The notes under the pieces are model-generated. The model was not told the DNA's origin. It did no database searches and saw only the letters and a list, made by a program, of their open reading frames with translations. A stretch of DNA of 64,000 nucleotides from contig JAGWLG010000015.1 of the NCBI GenBank assembly GCA_028864975.1, forward strand, positions 1 through 64,000. The letters run 5' to 3'. Position numbers and translations under genes: made by a program. The DNA is from Thermoplasmata archaeon. GTDB lineage: Archaea; Thermoplasmatota; Thermoplasmata; Lutacidiplasmatales; UBA184. This document shows positions 1 to 9,531 of the stretch, piece by piece. Numbering within the stretch: position 1 is the first letter of the stretch; the number at the start of each line of letters is the position of its first letter.

Positions 1-626
1 TCCTTGAGCTTCGCGATCTTCTTCTTCAGGTCCGGGACGCGGGCGAGGAGGTGCTCTTCCTGAGCCTCCTTCTTGTCGTTCTCGTCGAGCTCGCGTAGAT
101 ACCGGGCGATCTTCTCATCCAGCGTAGCCAGGCTCTCCTTCAGGGAGTCAGGGGTGAAGTGCCGCTTCGGGGAGTTCATCGCCTTGAACTTGCTCCCATC
201 GACCGCGACGAGCTTGTCGTCGAGGAGATCGAGACGCCTACAGAGGGCGACCAGTTCCCGGAAGACCGGACGAATCTGGCCGACATTGTCCCGGCGGAAG
301 TCAGCGATGGTCTTGAAATCCGGAGCGAGCTTCCCCATGAGCCACATCACCTCGACGTTCCGCTGGCACTCGCGCTCGAGTCTTCGGGTGGAGCGGACCT
401 TGTTGAGGTAACCGTAGAGGTAGAGTTTGAGCAGGTCTGCGGGGTCGTAGGGGGGGCGGCCCTCGTCGAGCGGCTGCGCATGAGTGAACCCCATCGCTCG
501 CAGGTCCAGCGAGTCCACGAAGGCGTCGATGAAGCGGACGGAGTTGTCTTCGGTCACGTAGTCGTCCAGGGCCTCGGGGAAGAGGACCATCTGCTGACGA
601 TGGCAGCCCTCTACGAAGCCGCTCAT
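1..626 (-). CDS. IS1182-family transposase, N-terminal part (runs off window start; absent from ORF track)
   Basis: Manual translation from ATG 626: MSGFVEGCHRQQMVLFPEALDDYVTEDNSVRFIDAFVDSLDL...GRPPYDPADLLKLYLYGYLNKVRSTRRLERECQRNVEVMWLMGKLAPDFKTIADFRRDN, the DUF772/IS1182 signature. Confidence 0.92.
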   Translation of the reverse strand, partial: MSGFVEGCHRQQMVLFPEALDDYVTEDNSVRFIDAFVDSLDLRAMGFTHAQPLDEGRPPYDPADLLKLYLYGYLNKVRSTRRLERECQRNVEVMWLMGKLAPDFKTIADFRRDNVGQIRPVFRELVALCRRLDLLDDKLVAVDGSKFKAMNSPKRHFTPDSLKESLATLDEKIARYLRELDENDKKEAQEEHLLARVPDLKKKIAKLK

Positions 627-817
627 GACCTGCCCCCCGCGGACTCCTCCAGCCAGTCTTCGTCGGTGATCACGAGGTAGGCGGTCTTCCCGAGGAACTC
701 CTTCGGACAGGTTACCTTCGCGCCGGTGCCATGGGGAACGACGGGGCGCCGAACGAACCCGACAATCCCGTCGACTGTCAGCTTGGTCTTCCTCTCGAGT
801 TGGACTACTCTCGGCAT
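623..817 (-). CDS. DUF2080-family transposon-associated small protein
   Basis: 64 aa with V.PHGTGAKV.CPKEFLGKTAYLVI motif; stop overlaps the transposase start (ATGA). Confidence 0.8.
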   Translation of the reverse strand: MPRVVQLERKTKLTVDGIVGFVRRPVVPHGTGAKVTCPKEFLGKTAYLVITDEDWLEESAGGRS

Positions 818-818
818 A

Positions 819-837
819 ATGGCTCTATAAGAGCCAT
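819..837. promoter_or_regulatory. Inverted repeat (putative operator) just upstream of DUF2080 start
   Basis: ATGGCTCT-ATA-AGAGCCAT, perfect 8-bp arms, lying between a TATA-like TTATCTA (minus, ~842-848) and ATG 817. Confidence 0.5.
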
Positions 838-860
838 CTTCTAGATAACGCTACCTCGGG

Positions 861-876
861 GTTTTCACACACTCTG
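861..876. repeat. Putative terminal inverted repeat of the IS
   Basis: GTTTTCACACACTCTG resembles IS1182 termini; partner copy is not in the window. Confidence 0.65.
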
Positions 877-989
877 AATTGCGGTCGAATCCCAGACAGG
901 GCCGCCGCGAGTCGAGGGCAAGGCTGAAGAGCGCCCCGAAGCTACCCTCTGTCCCGGCCTCATCGTCGCGCGGTTCGCCACGGGCGGTA

Positions 990-1011
990 TCTGAACTTAG
1001 CTAAGTTTAGA
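990..1011. promoter_or_regulatory. 22-bp near-perfect palindrome
   Basis: TCTGAACTTAGCTAAGTTTAGA; core AACTTAGCTAAGTT (994-1007) is perfect and AT-rich in a GC-rich background. Confidence 0.45.
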
Positions 1012-1161
1012 CGCCGACGCGTCCACTACGCTTGACGGATCGGGCCGCCGAATAAAGTTGGAGCAGTGAGCCCGCTACGTCAAACGGATAATAGGCGATT
1101 ATTAGCCCCTTTGCCAATAATCACAAATAAACGGCAATAATCCTGAAAACCAAGGCGACAC

Positions 1162-2340
1162 GTGGACCCGATCGAGAATCCCTTCGCGCCCGGAGCCGGC
1201 TCGCCCCCTCCCGAGCTTGTGGGTAGGGACCAGATCATTGAGCAAGTCCGCATACTCGCCGAACGGGTAAAGCGCGGGAGGTCGGAGAAATCTGTCGTGT
1301 TAACAGGACTTCGAGGGGTCGGAAAGACTGTGCTCCTCAACAGGCTCGGTTCGGTCGCGAGCGAATTGGAATACCGGGTGGTTCAGTTCGAGGGACTTGA
1401 AGACAAGGCGTTCCTTGCCATCCTTGCTCCGCAACTGCGCAAGTTGTTGTACGATCTCGATCGCATGGCGGGTGCCGGCGACAAGGTACGACGGGGTTTG
1501 GCCGCCCTCAAGAGCCTCCTGTCGACCTTCAAGGTCTCCGTCGGGGAAGTGGGGATCGGTTTGGACATCAACGCGTCGCCAGGGGTTGCGGATAGCGGTG
1601 AGCTCGAGGTGGACCTTCCCGACCTCATGCAGTCCATCGGGGAAGCCGCGGTCGAACGTAAGACGGCCGTCGCCCTCCTGATCGACGAGCTGCAGTACCT
1701 GGACTCAGAGGAGCTGGGGGCACTCATCGTTTCGATGCATCGTATGCAGCAGAAGTCGCTACCCTTGATCTTGGTGGCCGCCGGCTTGCCGACCTTGCCG
1801 GCCCTCGCGGGGGAGGCGAAGTCGTACTCCGAAAGGCTCCTCAGCTACCCGGAATTGGGCCCTCTCTCGCGGGAGGATGCGGACAAGGCCGTTAGGGATC
1901 CCGTGGTAGAGCGAGAGGGCAGGATCCGCGCGGATGCGCTCGATGAGATCTACCGGCACACGCGTGGCTACCCCTATTTCATCCAGATGTGGGGATACCA
2001 GTCTTGGAATCGTGCTTCGAGGTTCCCCATCGAACTGGGGGACGTCAAGGCAGCGAGCACCGTCTCCGTCCAGGAACTCGACGCGAACTTCTTCCGAGTT
2101 CGCTTCGGTCGTCTCATCCCGAGCGAAAAACGATTCCTTCGAGGCATGGCCGAACTCGGGCCGGGTCCACATCCTACAGGGTCCGTGGCGGACGTACTGA
2201 AGATGCGGAGCACAAGCCTTGGGCCGGTCCGCGCTAGTCTCCTGAGAAAGGGGATGATCTACAGTCCCGCGCACGGTCAGTTGGCCTTCACAGTGCCTCT
2301 CTTTGACGAATTCATGCGACGGGCCATTCCCGACCTCTAA
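1162..2340 (+). CDS. AAA/P-loop ATPase with probable C-terminal winged helix
   Basis: NPFAPGAG..PPELVGR N-terminus, Walker A GLRGVGKT, Walker B LLIDELQ, GYPYFIQ helical motif; GTG start. Confidence 0.88.
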   Translation: MDPIENPFAPGAGSPPPELVGRDQIIEQVRILAERVKRGRSEKSVVLTGLRGVGKTVLLNRLGSVASELEYRVVQFEGLEDKAFLAILAPQLRKLLYDLDRMAGAGDKVRRGLAALKSLLSTFKVSVGEVGIGLDINASPGVADSGELEVDLPDLMQSIGEAAVERKTAVALLIDELQYLDSEELGALIVSMHRMQQKSLPLILVAAGLPTLPALAGEAKSYSERLLSYPELGPLSREDADKAVRDPVVEREGRIRADALDEIYRHTRGYPYFIQMWGYQSWNRASRFPIELGDVKAASTVSVQELDANFFRVRFGRLIPSEKRFLRGMAELGPGPHPTGSVADVLKMRSTSLGPVRASLLRKGMIYSPAHGQLAFTVPLFDEFMRRAIPDL

Positions 2341-2502
2341 CCTTGACTCGAGCGGCTCTTGGGATACCGGTGCGAAGGGGCCGACCCTTCACGACGTTCG
2401 AACCCCGATGCGCCCATCCCCTTCCCCCTTCCCTCGTGGAAGTCGTCCGGGGGAACACGATGCACCGAGCAGGTCGATGGCGCCGAGTCGATCATCCGGG
2501 GC

Positions 2503-3261
2503 CTATCCGGTCGGTTTCTTGACGATCTTGTAGTGATACCTGTGCTTCCAGCGTATCGAGGTCTTTCGATGATCGATGATGTAATCGATCGCCTTCTTGC
2601 CGAAGATGAAGCCGTAGGTTCGGAGCATCTTCTCCACCGTCCCATAGTTCGAGGTGGCGTAGAAGTCCTTGTGGCGGAACCCGAACTCCTTCGAGAACAT
2701 CGCATCAACAACGCCGAGCTCGTTGACATCCGCGATGACCTTGTCGAGCTCCCCACCGTACCAACCTGGTGGGATGGCCTTCACCACAATGAGCCCGCCA
2801 TTCTTCACCACTCGGGTCGCCTCCCGTGCGAAGGCGCGCCATCCTTCGGGAGGGTAGATCGCAAGGGTGATCCCCATCACGACGTCCACCGACCCGTCCT
2901 GAAGGGGCATGGAACGAGCGTCCCCGAGCAAGAACTCGACGTTGTCGGCCCCCTCTTCCTTTAGGGCTCGCTTGGCGACCGCCGCCATGGGCCGTTCGAT
3001 ATCGATCCCTATGACCTCCTTCGCGATTCTCGAAACCGGCAAGGAGGATTTTCCGGTCCCAGACCCTGCATCGAGGACCACCTTCTCCTTGAGGTCGAAG
3101 ATCTCGTGCACCTGCTTCTCACGTGTCCCTACTACCGATTCAAATTCGTGGTAAACCTCGGGATAGTCGCTGTAGAGGAGATCCCAACGATTCTCCACGG
3201 TGGGGACCGGGACTGTCCAGCGGGGATGGGTCACGATTTGGAGTCGTGGTTTGAATGGCAT
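2503..3261 (-). CDS. Class I SAM-dependent methyltransferase
   Basis: VLDAGSGTG motif I, IGIDIE motif II, GDARSMPLQDGSVD; start may lie slightly downstream. Confidence 0.88.
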   Translation of the reverse strand: MPFKPRLQIVTHPRWTVPVPTVENRWDLLYSDYPEVYHEFESVVGTREKQVHEIFDLKEKVVLDAGSGTGKSSLPVSRIAKEVIGIDIERPMAAVAKRALKEEGADNVEFLLGDARSMPLQDGSVDVVMGITLAIYPPEGWRAFAREATRVVKNGGLIVVKAIPPGWYGGELDKVIADVNELGVVDAMFSKEFGFRHKDFYATSNYGTVEKMLRTYGFIFGKKAIDYIIDHRKTSIRWKHRYHYKIVKKPTG

Positions 3262-3802
3262 AGGTCACGCTTGCCGGGGCAGACTTGTGGGAGTTCGCAT
3301 CCCAGAGATCAGGCCCCCGTGCCTAAGTCCAGGACCTCAAAGCATCTCTAGCCTGCGTGCCTCGCGAGAAGCTGGCGACCCTTTCCACGATCCTGGCGCG
3401 CGGAGCGCTCTCCTGCGGGTTCTCGACCGACCTCTCGACCATCTCACGCATCCTCGAGGTCACGGACGCCGGGTGGGTGGTCCGGTACGACGAAGCGCAG
3501 TGTGGAGGATCCTGACGCGCCAAGGTCCCTCCAGGCAGCGACCCTCGCGCCAAGCGAAGGAGAAGAACCAGGTCGCGGTTAGGAGCTGGAAACAACGCAA
3601 CTAGCCGCGCCCGAAAAAAGAGCCCAATGACGGCGAGCCGTAGTGGTGTTCATCGACGATAGATGCTCGGCTCAACGATGAGCCAATCCAACGGACTCTG
3701 GGCCAACACTTAGGGCGAGTTGTCGGTAGAAGGAGATGCCCCGGCTCTGGCCGTGGACATCTCCGCCCTGACACAGCTCCATGTTGCTGCCTCGAGCCCG
3801 GC

Positions 3803-4354
3803 CTAGGCTGGTAGGTCCAGCCACCAAACATTGACATGCAGTTGGCGCCCGCTCCCGGGCGGATACTCGCTGCTGATGTCTTCCTTCAGCCTGAACCTGA
3901 GGCGCTTGCACAGGGCGTTGGATGCGTGGTTGTCCACCGACGGGAAGGCTATGGCGGCACGGGGACCGTTGAGCTTGGTGAGCCGATCGACCACCTGCCG
4001 GGTCGCTGAGGTCGCAACTCCGCGCCCTTGATGCTCTGGAAGTACGAACCACCCCAACTCCCAAGCCTTCTGCCCCTTCCACTCGCTCTCCCAGTATCCC
4101 ACATTCCCGGCGGGGGTCTTTCCCGGGCCCACCAGGATAGTGTACTGGCACCCCGCGCGAGGTTCCGCCGACATGGAGATGAACAGCTTGTGGCGCTTCT
4201 GGATCCTCTCCGGGCTCTCTGGCCCGTTCAAGTGGACCATCTGACCCGGGTCGCCCAGTGTCTTCCCCAGGAGCCACATGTCGCCCTCCGCGTAGGGACG
4301 GATCGAGACCTGGGTTCCGGCTGACATGGAGCAGATGACCATCGGCTCAGGCAT
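3803..4354 (-). CDS. GNAT (RimJ/RimL-like) N-acetyltransferase
   Basis: ELGWFVLPEHQGRGVA acetyl-CoA motif, NHASNALCKRLRF; start at ATG 4354 or 4327 (ORF open to 4396). Confidence 0.88.
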   Translation of the reverse strand: MPEPMVICSMSAGTQVSIRPYAEGDMWLLGKTLGDPGQMVHLNGPESPERIQKRHKLFISMSAEPRAGCQYTILVGPGKTPAGNVGYWESEWKGQKAWELGWFVLPEHQGRGVATSATRQVVDRLTKLNGPRAAIAFPSVDNHASNALCKRLRFRLKEDISSEYPPGSGRQLHVNVWWLDLPA

Positions 4355-4597
4355 AACGCCTCGCCCAGCCGGGCCATGGTCCTCCTCGAGGGTCACTCTG
4401 GACGGGTCCGCTCATTCCAGGGCTCCGCGCACCTGCACGACGCGGCGACTGAACGGGGATGGGGCCCGAACTCAGGGCGCGTTTTCGGCGGGAGGTGTCA
4501 GGCTATTTTGTCAGGGGTCAGCCGGGGTCCTCGCCGACCATCACTGTCGGATTCGCTGCACCTAAACATATATGGATAGGGCGCCCGGGGGGTCATC

Positions 4598-5485
4598 ATG
4601 CGGATCATCCTCGATACGCGACCAAGAGCGGGAGCCGTCCGAGCTGACCGCGCGTGGGCCTTCTTCTGTCGCGGCACCCGATCGCTCAAGGGTGCGAGAG
4701 GATTCTGGGGGTTCACCAACTGGCTGTGGGATGAACTTGGACAAAGAGCGGGGCCGTTGAACGTAGCCGCGCGGGGACGCGTCCAAGTGTGCATGCCTTC
4801 GCTGAAGGACGACGCGCTCGACCTTCTCGTTCGGATCCTCTCCTTCTGGTGCTCAGACGTCCGAATGCGGCGTGGGAGCTCGCTCTCCGCGAACCTCTGG
4901 AGTCCACCCATCGTGAACCTGTTGAACGACCGAGGGAGAACCGGGGCAGCACGGGCGCTGTTCGGTGAGTTCAGCGACCAAGGTTCGAAAGAACTGAACC
5001 TGATGCCCATCCTCGGCCCTGGCCGCTCGTTCTTCAGCCTTCAGGTGATCAAGAAAGGGGACAGCTCCGCCCGCATGCACAGCCACACTTCGGTGGACGA
5101 GTACTACCTGATCTTGGAAGGAAAGGGCACCCTTCGGTTCAACGGCAAGAAGATCTCGGTGGGTCCGGGCGACCTCATCTCCAAGCCCACCGGCCCCGAT
5201 GCTGCAACGCATCTCAATGCAGATCGGGGAGGTCCCCTTCGGATCCTCGACATGGAGGTGTGGAACGACCGGTACCGAGGGAATGGCGCGCCGACCAAGG
5301 ACCTGATCTACTGGCCCGACTTCGACGAGGCGATGCTGCGGGGCCCGGGCTGGGAGGCGGGCCTTCCTACGCGCGCCCTGTTCTCGACCAAGGACATCGA
5401 GGATCACTGGAGCGATGCGTACCGACGCGCGAAGGACGGACATCGGGTGAGCCGCATACGCCCGACAGGACGACCCGGCCGCTGA
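4598..5485 (+). CDS. Cupin-domain protein with N-terminal extension
   Basis: HSHTSVDEYYLILEGKGTLRFNG...GPGDLI...H cupin motifs; ATATAT at 4568-4573 lies ~25 nt before ATG 4598. Confidence 0.8.
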   Translation: MRIILDTRPRAGAVRADRAWAFFCRGTRSLKGARGFWGFTNWLWDELGQRAGPLNVAARGRVQVCMPSLKDDALDLLVRILSFWCSDVRMRRGSSLSANLWSPPIVNLLNDRGRTGAARALFGEFSDQGSKELNLMPILGPGRSFFSLQVIKKGDSSARMHSHTSVDEYYLILEGKGTLRFNGKKISVGPGDLISKPTGPDAATHLNADRGGPLRILDMEVWNDRYRGNGAPTKDLIYWPDFDEAMLRGPGWEAGLPTRALFSTKDIEDHWSDAYRRAKDGHRVSRIRPTGRPGR

Positions 5486-5627
5486 CCTGACGGGGATGAG
5501 CATGGCCGTTTCGAGCTTCGCGGGTGTCACAGGGCTCTGACGAGGCGGTTAGTCCCAAAAGCCCGTGCTGGGCCGCGCGCTGAGGCACTTCGGGGGAGGA
5601 AGGACGCCCCCCATGGGTTCGGTTGAC

Positions 5628-6104
5628 CTAGAGAGACCACCTCTCGCCCGCGGCGCGTCTTGGAACGGCAGGCGAGGTCGGGGGCGGTTTGGACGCGCGC
5701 CCGAGGGTCCTACCTGGATCACCGACCTCGCTACGCCCCTTCGAGGCGAGGAGCCGCGGGACGAAACGAGCAGTGCGGAGCTCGCACCGTACGCCCAAGC
5801 GGCATATGGCCCCGGCAGGGAACCACGACTCCGGAGCGGGGAGCACGACGATCCTTCGGCACCCGTAGCAGTAGAGAAAATCGTCGGTCTCTCGAGTGAC
5901 CTCCCGTCCCCCGCAGTGCGGGCACCTCTCGAAGCTCCGTGCGAACGAAAGGTAGTCACCCTCCGCCTGGCGGACGGGGACGAACCTGCCGCTGGGGTCC
6001 TCGTGCGAACCGCACGACGGGCAGAACAGGTATCCCCCCTCGTCCACTTCGCACTCTGCCTTCTCACATACGTTGCAACGTCCGAACGAGCGGGCCAGCG
6101 CCAT
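5628..6104 (-). CDS. Hypothetical protein with tandem zinc-ribbon (CxxC) repeats
   Basis: ARSFGRCNVC...LFCPSC and ARSFERCPHC...LYCYGC; SD GAGGTG before ATG 6104. Confidence 0.72.
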   Translation of the reverse strand: MALARSFGRCNVCEKAECEVDEGGYLFCPSCGSHEDPSGRFVPVRQAEGDYLSFARSFERCPHCGGREVTRETDDFLYCYGCRRIVVLPAPESWFPAGAICRLGVRCELRTARFVPRLLASKGRSEVGDPGRTLGRASKPPPTSPAVPRRAAGERWSL

Positions 6105-6388
6105 ACCGACACCTCGTACCCCCCCGGTGGGCTCCGCCGAAGGGATGTCGAAGGATATTCACTCCCTACAGAGTACTTCTTCCCGCCCTATCGATGAGAA
6201 TACTTGGCTCTCGGTTCCCTGTCCTGAACCGGAGATTGCGACATTCGAACCGACATTTGGTCGGCGAGGTCGTCAATTCTGTTTGACCGCTCCGTCATCT
6301 CGCCACGAGAGGTAGACCGGTTGCGCAGGTTCGTATGTTGGCGAGTCCTCGACCGCCCGTTGCCTCCTTTAGCCGCGCCGACCCCCGG

Positions 6389-6994
6389 ATGCGTGCGGTC
6401 TGGGTTCACCTGCCCTTCCGGCGCTCGGGGTCCCTTCCCCTGCTCAACCTCATCCTGCTGTCGGCTGCCTTGGTCGCCAGCGCTCTCGCTATCGGTGGAG
6501 CGCTTTACTTTGCCAGCGCCCCTCCCGCAGCCCCGACCTCGGTCCAACAACTGACCCTCACCGTGAATGTTGTTCCTGGGACGGATCACACCTACTTCTC
6601 GCCAGGGAACCTTACGCTGAGGACCGGTGTGGTGAGGATCACGATCGTCGACTATGACACGGTCGCGGCGCAAGGGCCTCCGATGGCGGGGCAGGTCCGC
6701 GGGCTCATGGGAGGGACGGAGACCGTGCACTTCTCGCTAGCGGCGGCCCCTGTGCTCCTCTCCTCGATGAACTCCAACGACATCGCCCACACCTTCAGTG
6801 TGGCGGACGGGACCTACTACGACATCAACGCACCCGTGCCGGTCGCGGCGGGACCCGGAGCACCCTCCCAGGTCACCTTCCTCGTCTATTTTGCCCACCC
6901 TGGAGAGTTCACCTGGTGGTGTGGCGCGGTCTGCGGCTTCATGCCGATGTCCCCGGGCGGGGGGATGGCCGGCACCCTCACGATCACGTCGTAG
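6389..6994 (+). CDS. Membrane-anchored cupredoxin-like protein
   Basis: N-terminal hydrophobic helix, FSPGNLTL, AHTF, PGEFTWWCGAVCG..M...MAGTLTI cupredoxin-type C-terminus; ATG 6389 preferred (ORF open from 6335). Confidence 0.72.
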   Translation: MRAVWVHLPFRRSGSLPLLNLILLSAALVASALAIGGALYFASAPPAAPTSVQQLTLTVNVVPGTDHTYFSPGNLTLRTGVVRITIVDYDTVAAQGPPMAGQVRGLMGGTETVHFSLAAAPVLLSSMNSNDIAHTFSVADGTYYDINAPVPVAAGPGAPSQVTFLVYFAHPGEFTWWCGAVCGFMPMSPGGGMAGTLTITS

Positions 6995-7179
6995 GGACGC
7001 AAACGCGTCGCCAGCCCCGCAGCGAGGGCCGGGAGCGTCATAGGAGCTTACGGGTCGCCCGATCTTCCTCTCCCGTCAGGAAGTCCTACCACACCCGTGC
7101 GGGTCCCCCTCTCAACGGCCCCCTCCAAGCTCATATCCTCCGTTGGCTCCAGTAGTACCCGGGCTGCGAGAGAACCTCC

Positions 7180-8613
7180 ATGAGCGGGGCTTACCGTCAG
7201 TCAAGGGTCGACATCCCCGAAGTGTCCGTCCAGGAGCGGTGCTCCCACATGGGGGAGATCCTCCATGCCTACGACAGGGGGGAGGCCATCATGGAGGCCC
7301 AGCGCTGCCTCCAGTGCAGCATGCCCTACTGTGTGCAGGCCTGCCCGATCACCCAGGACTGCAAGGGATACATCGACATGGTCGCGCAGGGGCGGTTCGA
7401 CGATGCCGCCAGGGTCACGCTTCTGGGGAACCCTCTCGCGACGGTCCTTTGCAAGTCCTGCTACCATTACTGTGAGGAGGACTGCGTCAAGGGCGGAAAG
7501 GGGGTCGCCATCGCCATCCGCCACCTCAAACGTGCCTCGCTCCAGTTCGGGGACTCGGACCTGCAGTACGTGCCCATGCCCTCCCGTGGCGAGAGGGTCG
7601 CGGTGGTGGGCGGAGGACCTGCCGGGATCATGGCGACCTGGGAGCTCTGCCTTCGGGGGTACTCCGTGACCCTCTACGAGGCGCAACCCTTCCTGGGAGG
7701 ACAGGTCGAGACCATCCCTAAGTACCACTTGGACGGCGATGAGCTCGAGATCGACATGGCACGGTTCAAGAGGTTCGACCTCAAGATTGTCACGGGCAAG
7801 CGTTGCGGGGTGGATTTCACCCCGGAGCAGCTGCTGGCCGACGGGAACCTCGCGGTCTTCCTCGCGATCGGGGCTTCTGCCTCAGGACCCCTCAAGATCC
7901 CCGGAGAGGAGCTTCCAGGGGTCTTCCATGCTCTGCCTTTCCTGCTCAATGCGAACCACAACCCCGAGGGCTTCCTCGGACGTCGGGACCGCAAGGCGAT
8001 CATCATCGGGGGCGGGGATGTGGCGATGGACGCGGCCCGGTCCTGCATTCGGTTCTTCCCAGGACAACCTGTGACCGTCTGCTATCGCAGGAGCGAGGAG
8101 GAGATGCCGGCCTCCGAAGAGGAACGGGAAGGGATGTACATCGAGGGTGTGAAGTTCATGCCGTGGCGCGCCCCGGTCCGCATCCTGGGCAAGGACCACG
8201 TGGAAGGCCTCGTGGTCGCACGGACGGAGCTCGGCCCACCGGATGCCCGAGGGAAGAGGAGCGTCATCGTGCTGCCCAACACGGAGGAGACGATCCCCTG
8301 CGACACGATCATCGCAGCGGTCGGACAGGTCGCGGACCTGCGCGGCTTCCCCCAGGAACTGGACCTCAAGACCCCAAGAGGGTGGCCCGAGGGAAAGGCT
8401 TCGGACTGGGCCACCGGAGTTGAGGGGGTCTTTGCATCAGGTAACAAGTCCATCGTCTTCGCGATGAGCGCGGGGAGCCGTGCGGCAGAGGCCATTGACG
8501 CCTACCTCGCTAAGAAGCTCGGACGGGCAGTGATCCCCCGCCCCCACCCCTTCGGTGAACCCGTTCCCGTGCCGCCCCCCAGCGGCTACGGCGACCCGGC
8601 CTGGAGCCTCTGA
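7180..8613 (+). CDS. GltD/SudA(NfnB)-like Fe-S flavoprotein NAD(P)H oxidoreductase
   Basis: RCLQCSMPYCVQACP cluster motif, VAVVGGGPAG FAD site, IIGGGDVAMDAAR NADPH site, CYRR. Confidence 0.9.
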   Translation: MSGAYRQSRVDIPEVSVQERCSHMGEILHAYDRGEAIMEAQRCLQCSMPYCVQACPITQDCKGYIDMVAQGRFDDAARVTLLGNPLATVLCKSCYHYCEEDCVKGGKGVAIAIRHLKRASLQFGDSDLQYVPMPSRGERVAVVGGGPAGIMATWELCLRGYSVTLYEAQPFLGGQVETIPKYHLDGDELEIDMARFKRFDLKIVTGKRCGVDFTPEQLLADGNLAVFLAIGASASGPLKIPGEELPGVFHALPFLLNANHNPEGFLGRRDRKAIIIGGGDVAMDAARSCIRFFPGQPVTVCYRRSEEEMPASEEEREGMYIEGVKFMPWRAPVRILGKDHVEGLVVARTELGPPDARGKRSVIVLPNTEETIPCDTIIAAVGQVADLRGFPQELDLKTPRGWPEGKASDWATGVEGVFASGNKSIVFAMSAGSRAAEAIDAYLAKKLGRAVIPRPHPFGEPVPVPPPSGYGDPAWSL

Positions 8614-8646
8614 TCCCAGCGTCGCCTTCCTACAGCGGACGGCACG

Positions 8647-9531
8647 TTAGAGGGTCAGTCGACCCGTCATCACGACCACCACATGTCCCCCAACACGGAC
8701 CTTGGTGGGTCGCCCGCGGTCGATCCCCACCGTCACGGACATCTCACTCGGACGGCGGATCTCGATCCCCTGCTCGATCACGACCGTCTCCTCGGGTTGG
8801 ATCAGCTTGTGGATCAGCATCCAGGTCGCGGCGGGCCCCGCGGCCGACCCCGTCGCGGGGTCCTCGGAACCGGGGAAGATCATCCGCGCATGGAGCTTGG
8901 CCTGAGGGTCAACGGTGTCGCGGCAGACGAGGTAGAACAGCGTCCCGTCGGTCGTCTGCAAGTAGTGCTGCATGCGACGCACGTCCGGGTTGAGACGGGA
9001 GAGGAAGTCGAGCGATCGAAACGGGACGATGACGAAAGCGTTCCCCGTTGAGACCGTCTGAATGGGGTAGCTGGGGTCGAAGTCCTCGGCGACGCAGCCG
9101 AGCGCCTTCGCGACCTCCTCGGGACGGTGCAATCGTCCCACCCAGGGCTCGGGCTGAGTCATCTCCGCGTAGACGCGGGATTCCTCCCAGCCCTCGAACC
9201 GAACGGGAATCGTCCCGGAGTTGAGTTCCAGCGAGATCTCCTTGCGGCGGTCCTCTCTCGCTAGGACGGTCGCGGTTCCAAGGGAGGGGTGGCCCGCGAA
9301 GTTGAGCTCCTGGGAGAGCGTGAAGATCCGAGCACGGACCCCCTTCTCCCGCTCCACCTCAGGCTCGCGAGGGATCACGAAGGTCGTCTCGGAAAGTGCG
9401 GTCTCTCGCGCGAGGGCTTGCATTTCGGGGTCAGACAAGCCACGTGCGTCGTTGAAGACCGCGAGCTGATTGCCCTCCAGCGGGCGCTTAGAGAAGACGT
9501 CCACCCACGTGAACTCGAAGGTGCGCGACAA
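8647..9531 (-). CDS. PhzF-family isomerase/epimerase
   Basis: VDVF..RPLEGNQLAV, SETTF, ELNFAGHP, EDPATGSA; TTG 9531 with AGGGAG upstream preferred (alternative ATG 9588; ORF open to 9876). Confidence 0.9.
   Translation of the reverse strand: MSRTFEFTWVDVFSKRPLEGNQLAVFNDARGLSDPEMQALARETALSETTFVIPREPEVEREKGVRARIFTLSQELNFAGHPSLGTATVLAREDRRKEISLELNSGTIPVRFEGWEESRVYAEMTQPEPWVGRLHRPEEVAKALGCVAEDFDPSYPIQTVSTGNAFVIVPFRSLDFLSRLNPDVRRMQHYLQTTDGTLFYLVCRDTVDPQAKLHARMIFPGSEDPATGSAAGPAATWMLIHKLIQPEETVVIEQGIEIRRPSEMSVTVGIDRGRPTKVRVGGHVVVVMTGRLTL

Larger units (their letters stand above)
1..876 (-). mobile_element. IS1182-family insertion sequence, left part only (other end outside window)
   Basis: Contains an IS1182-type transposase N-terminus and a DUF2080-like gene; bounded by a terminal sequence GTTTTCACACACTCTG (861-876) of the kind found at IS1182 ends. 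Confidence 0.8.

Noticed and set aside
1086-1107. Possible archaeal dif (Xer) site because of the 6-bp spacer
   Set aside because: Arms lack the TAA-N6-TTA pattern I would expect; kept only as a generic inverted repeat.
2380-2415. GTTCGAACCCC (and GTCGAATCCC near 886) resembling a tRNA T-arm
   Set aside because: No complementary T-stem, acceptor stem or D-arm.
3262-3802. Short ORFs between the methyltransferase and the GNAT gene
   Set aside because: No motif, SD or composition support for any frame.
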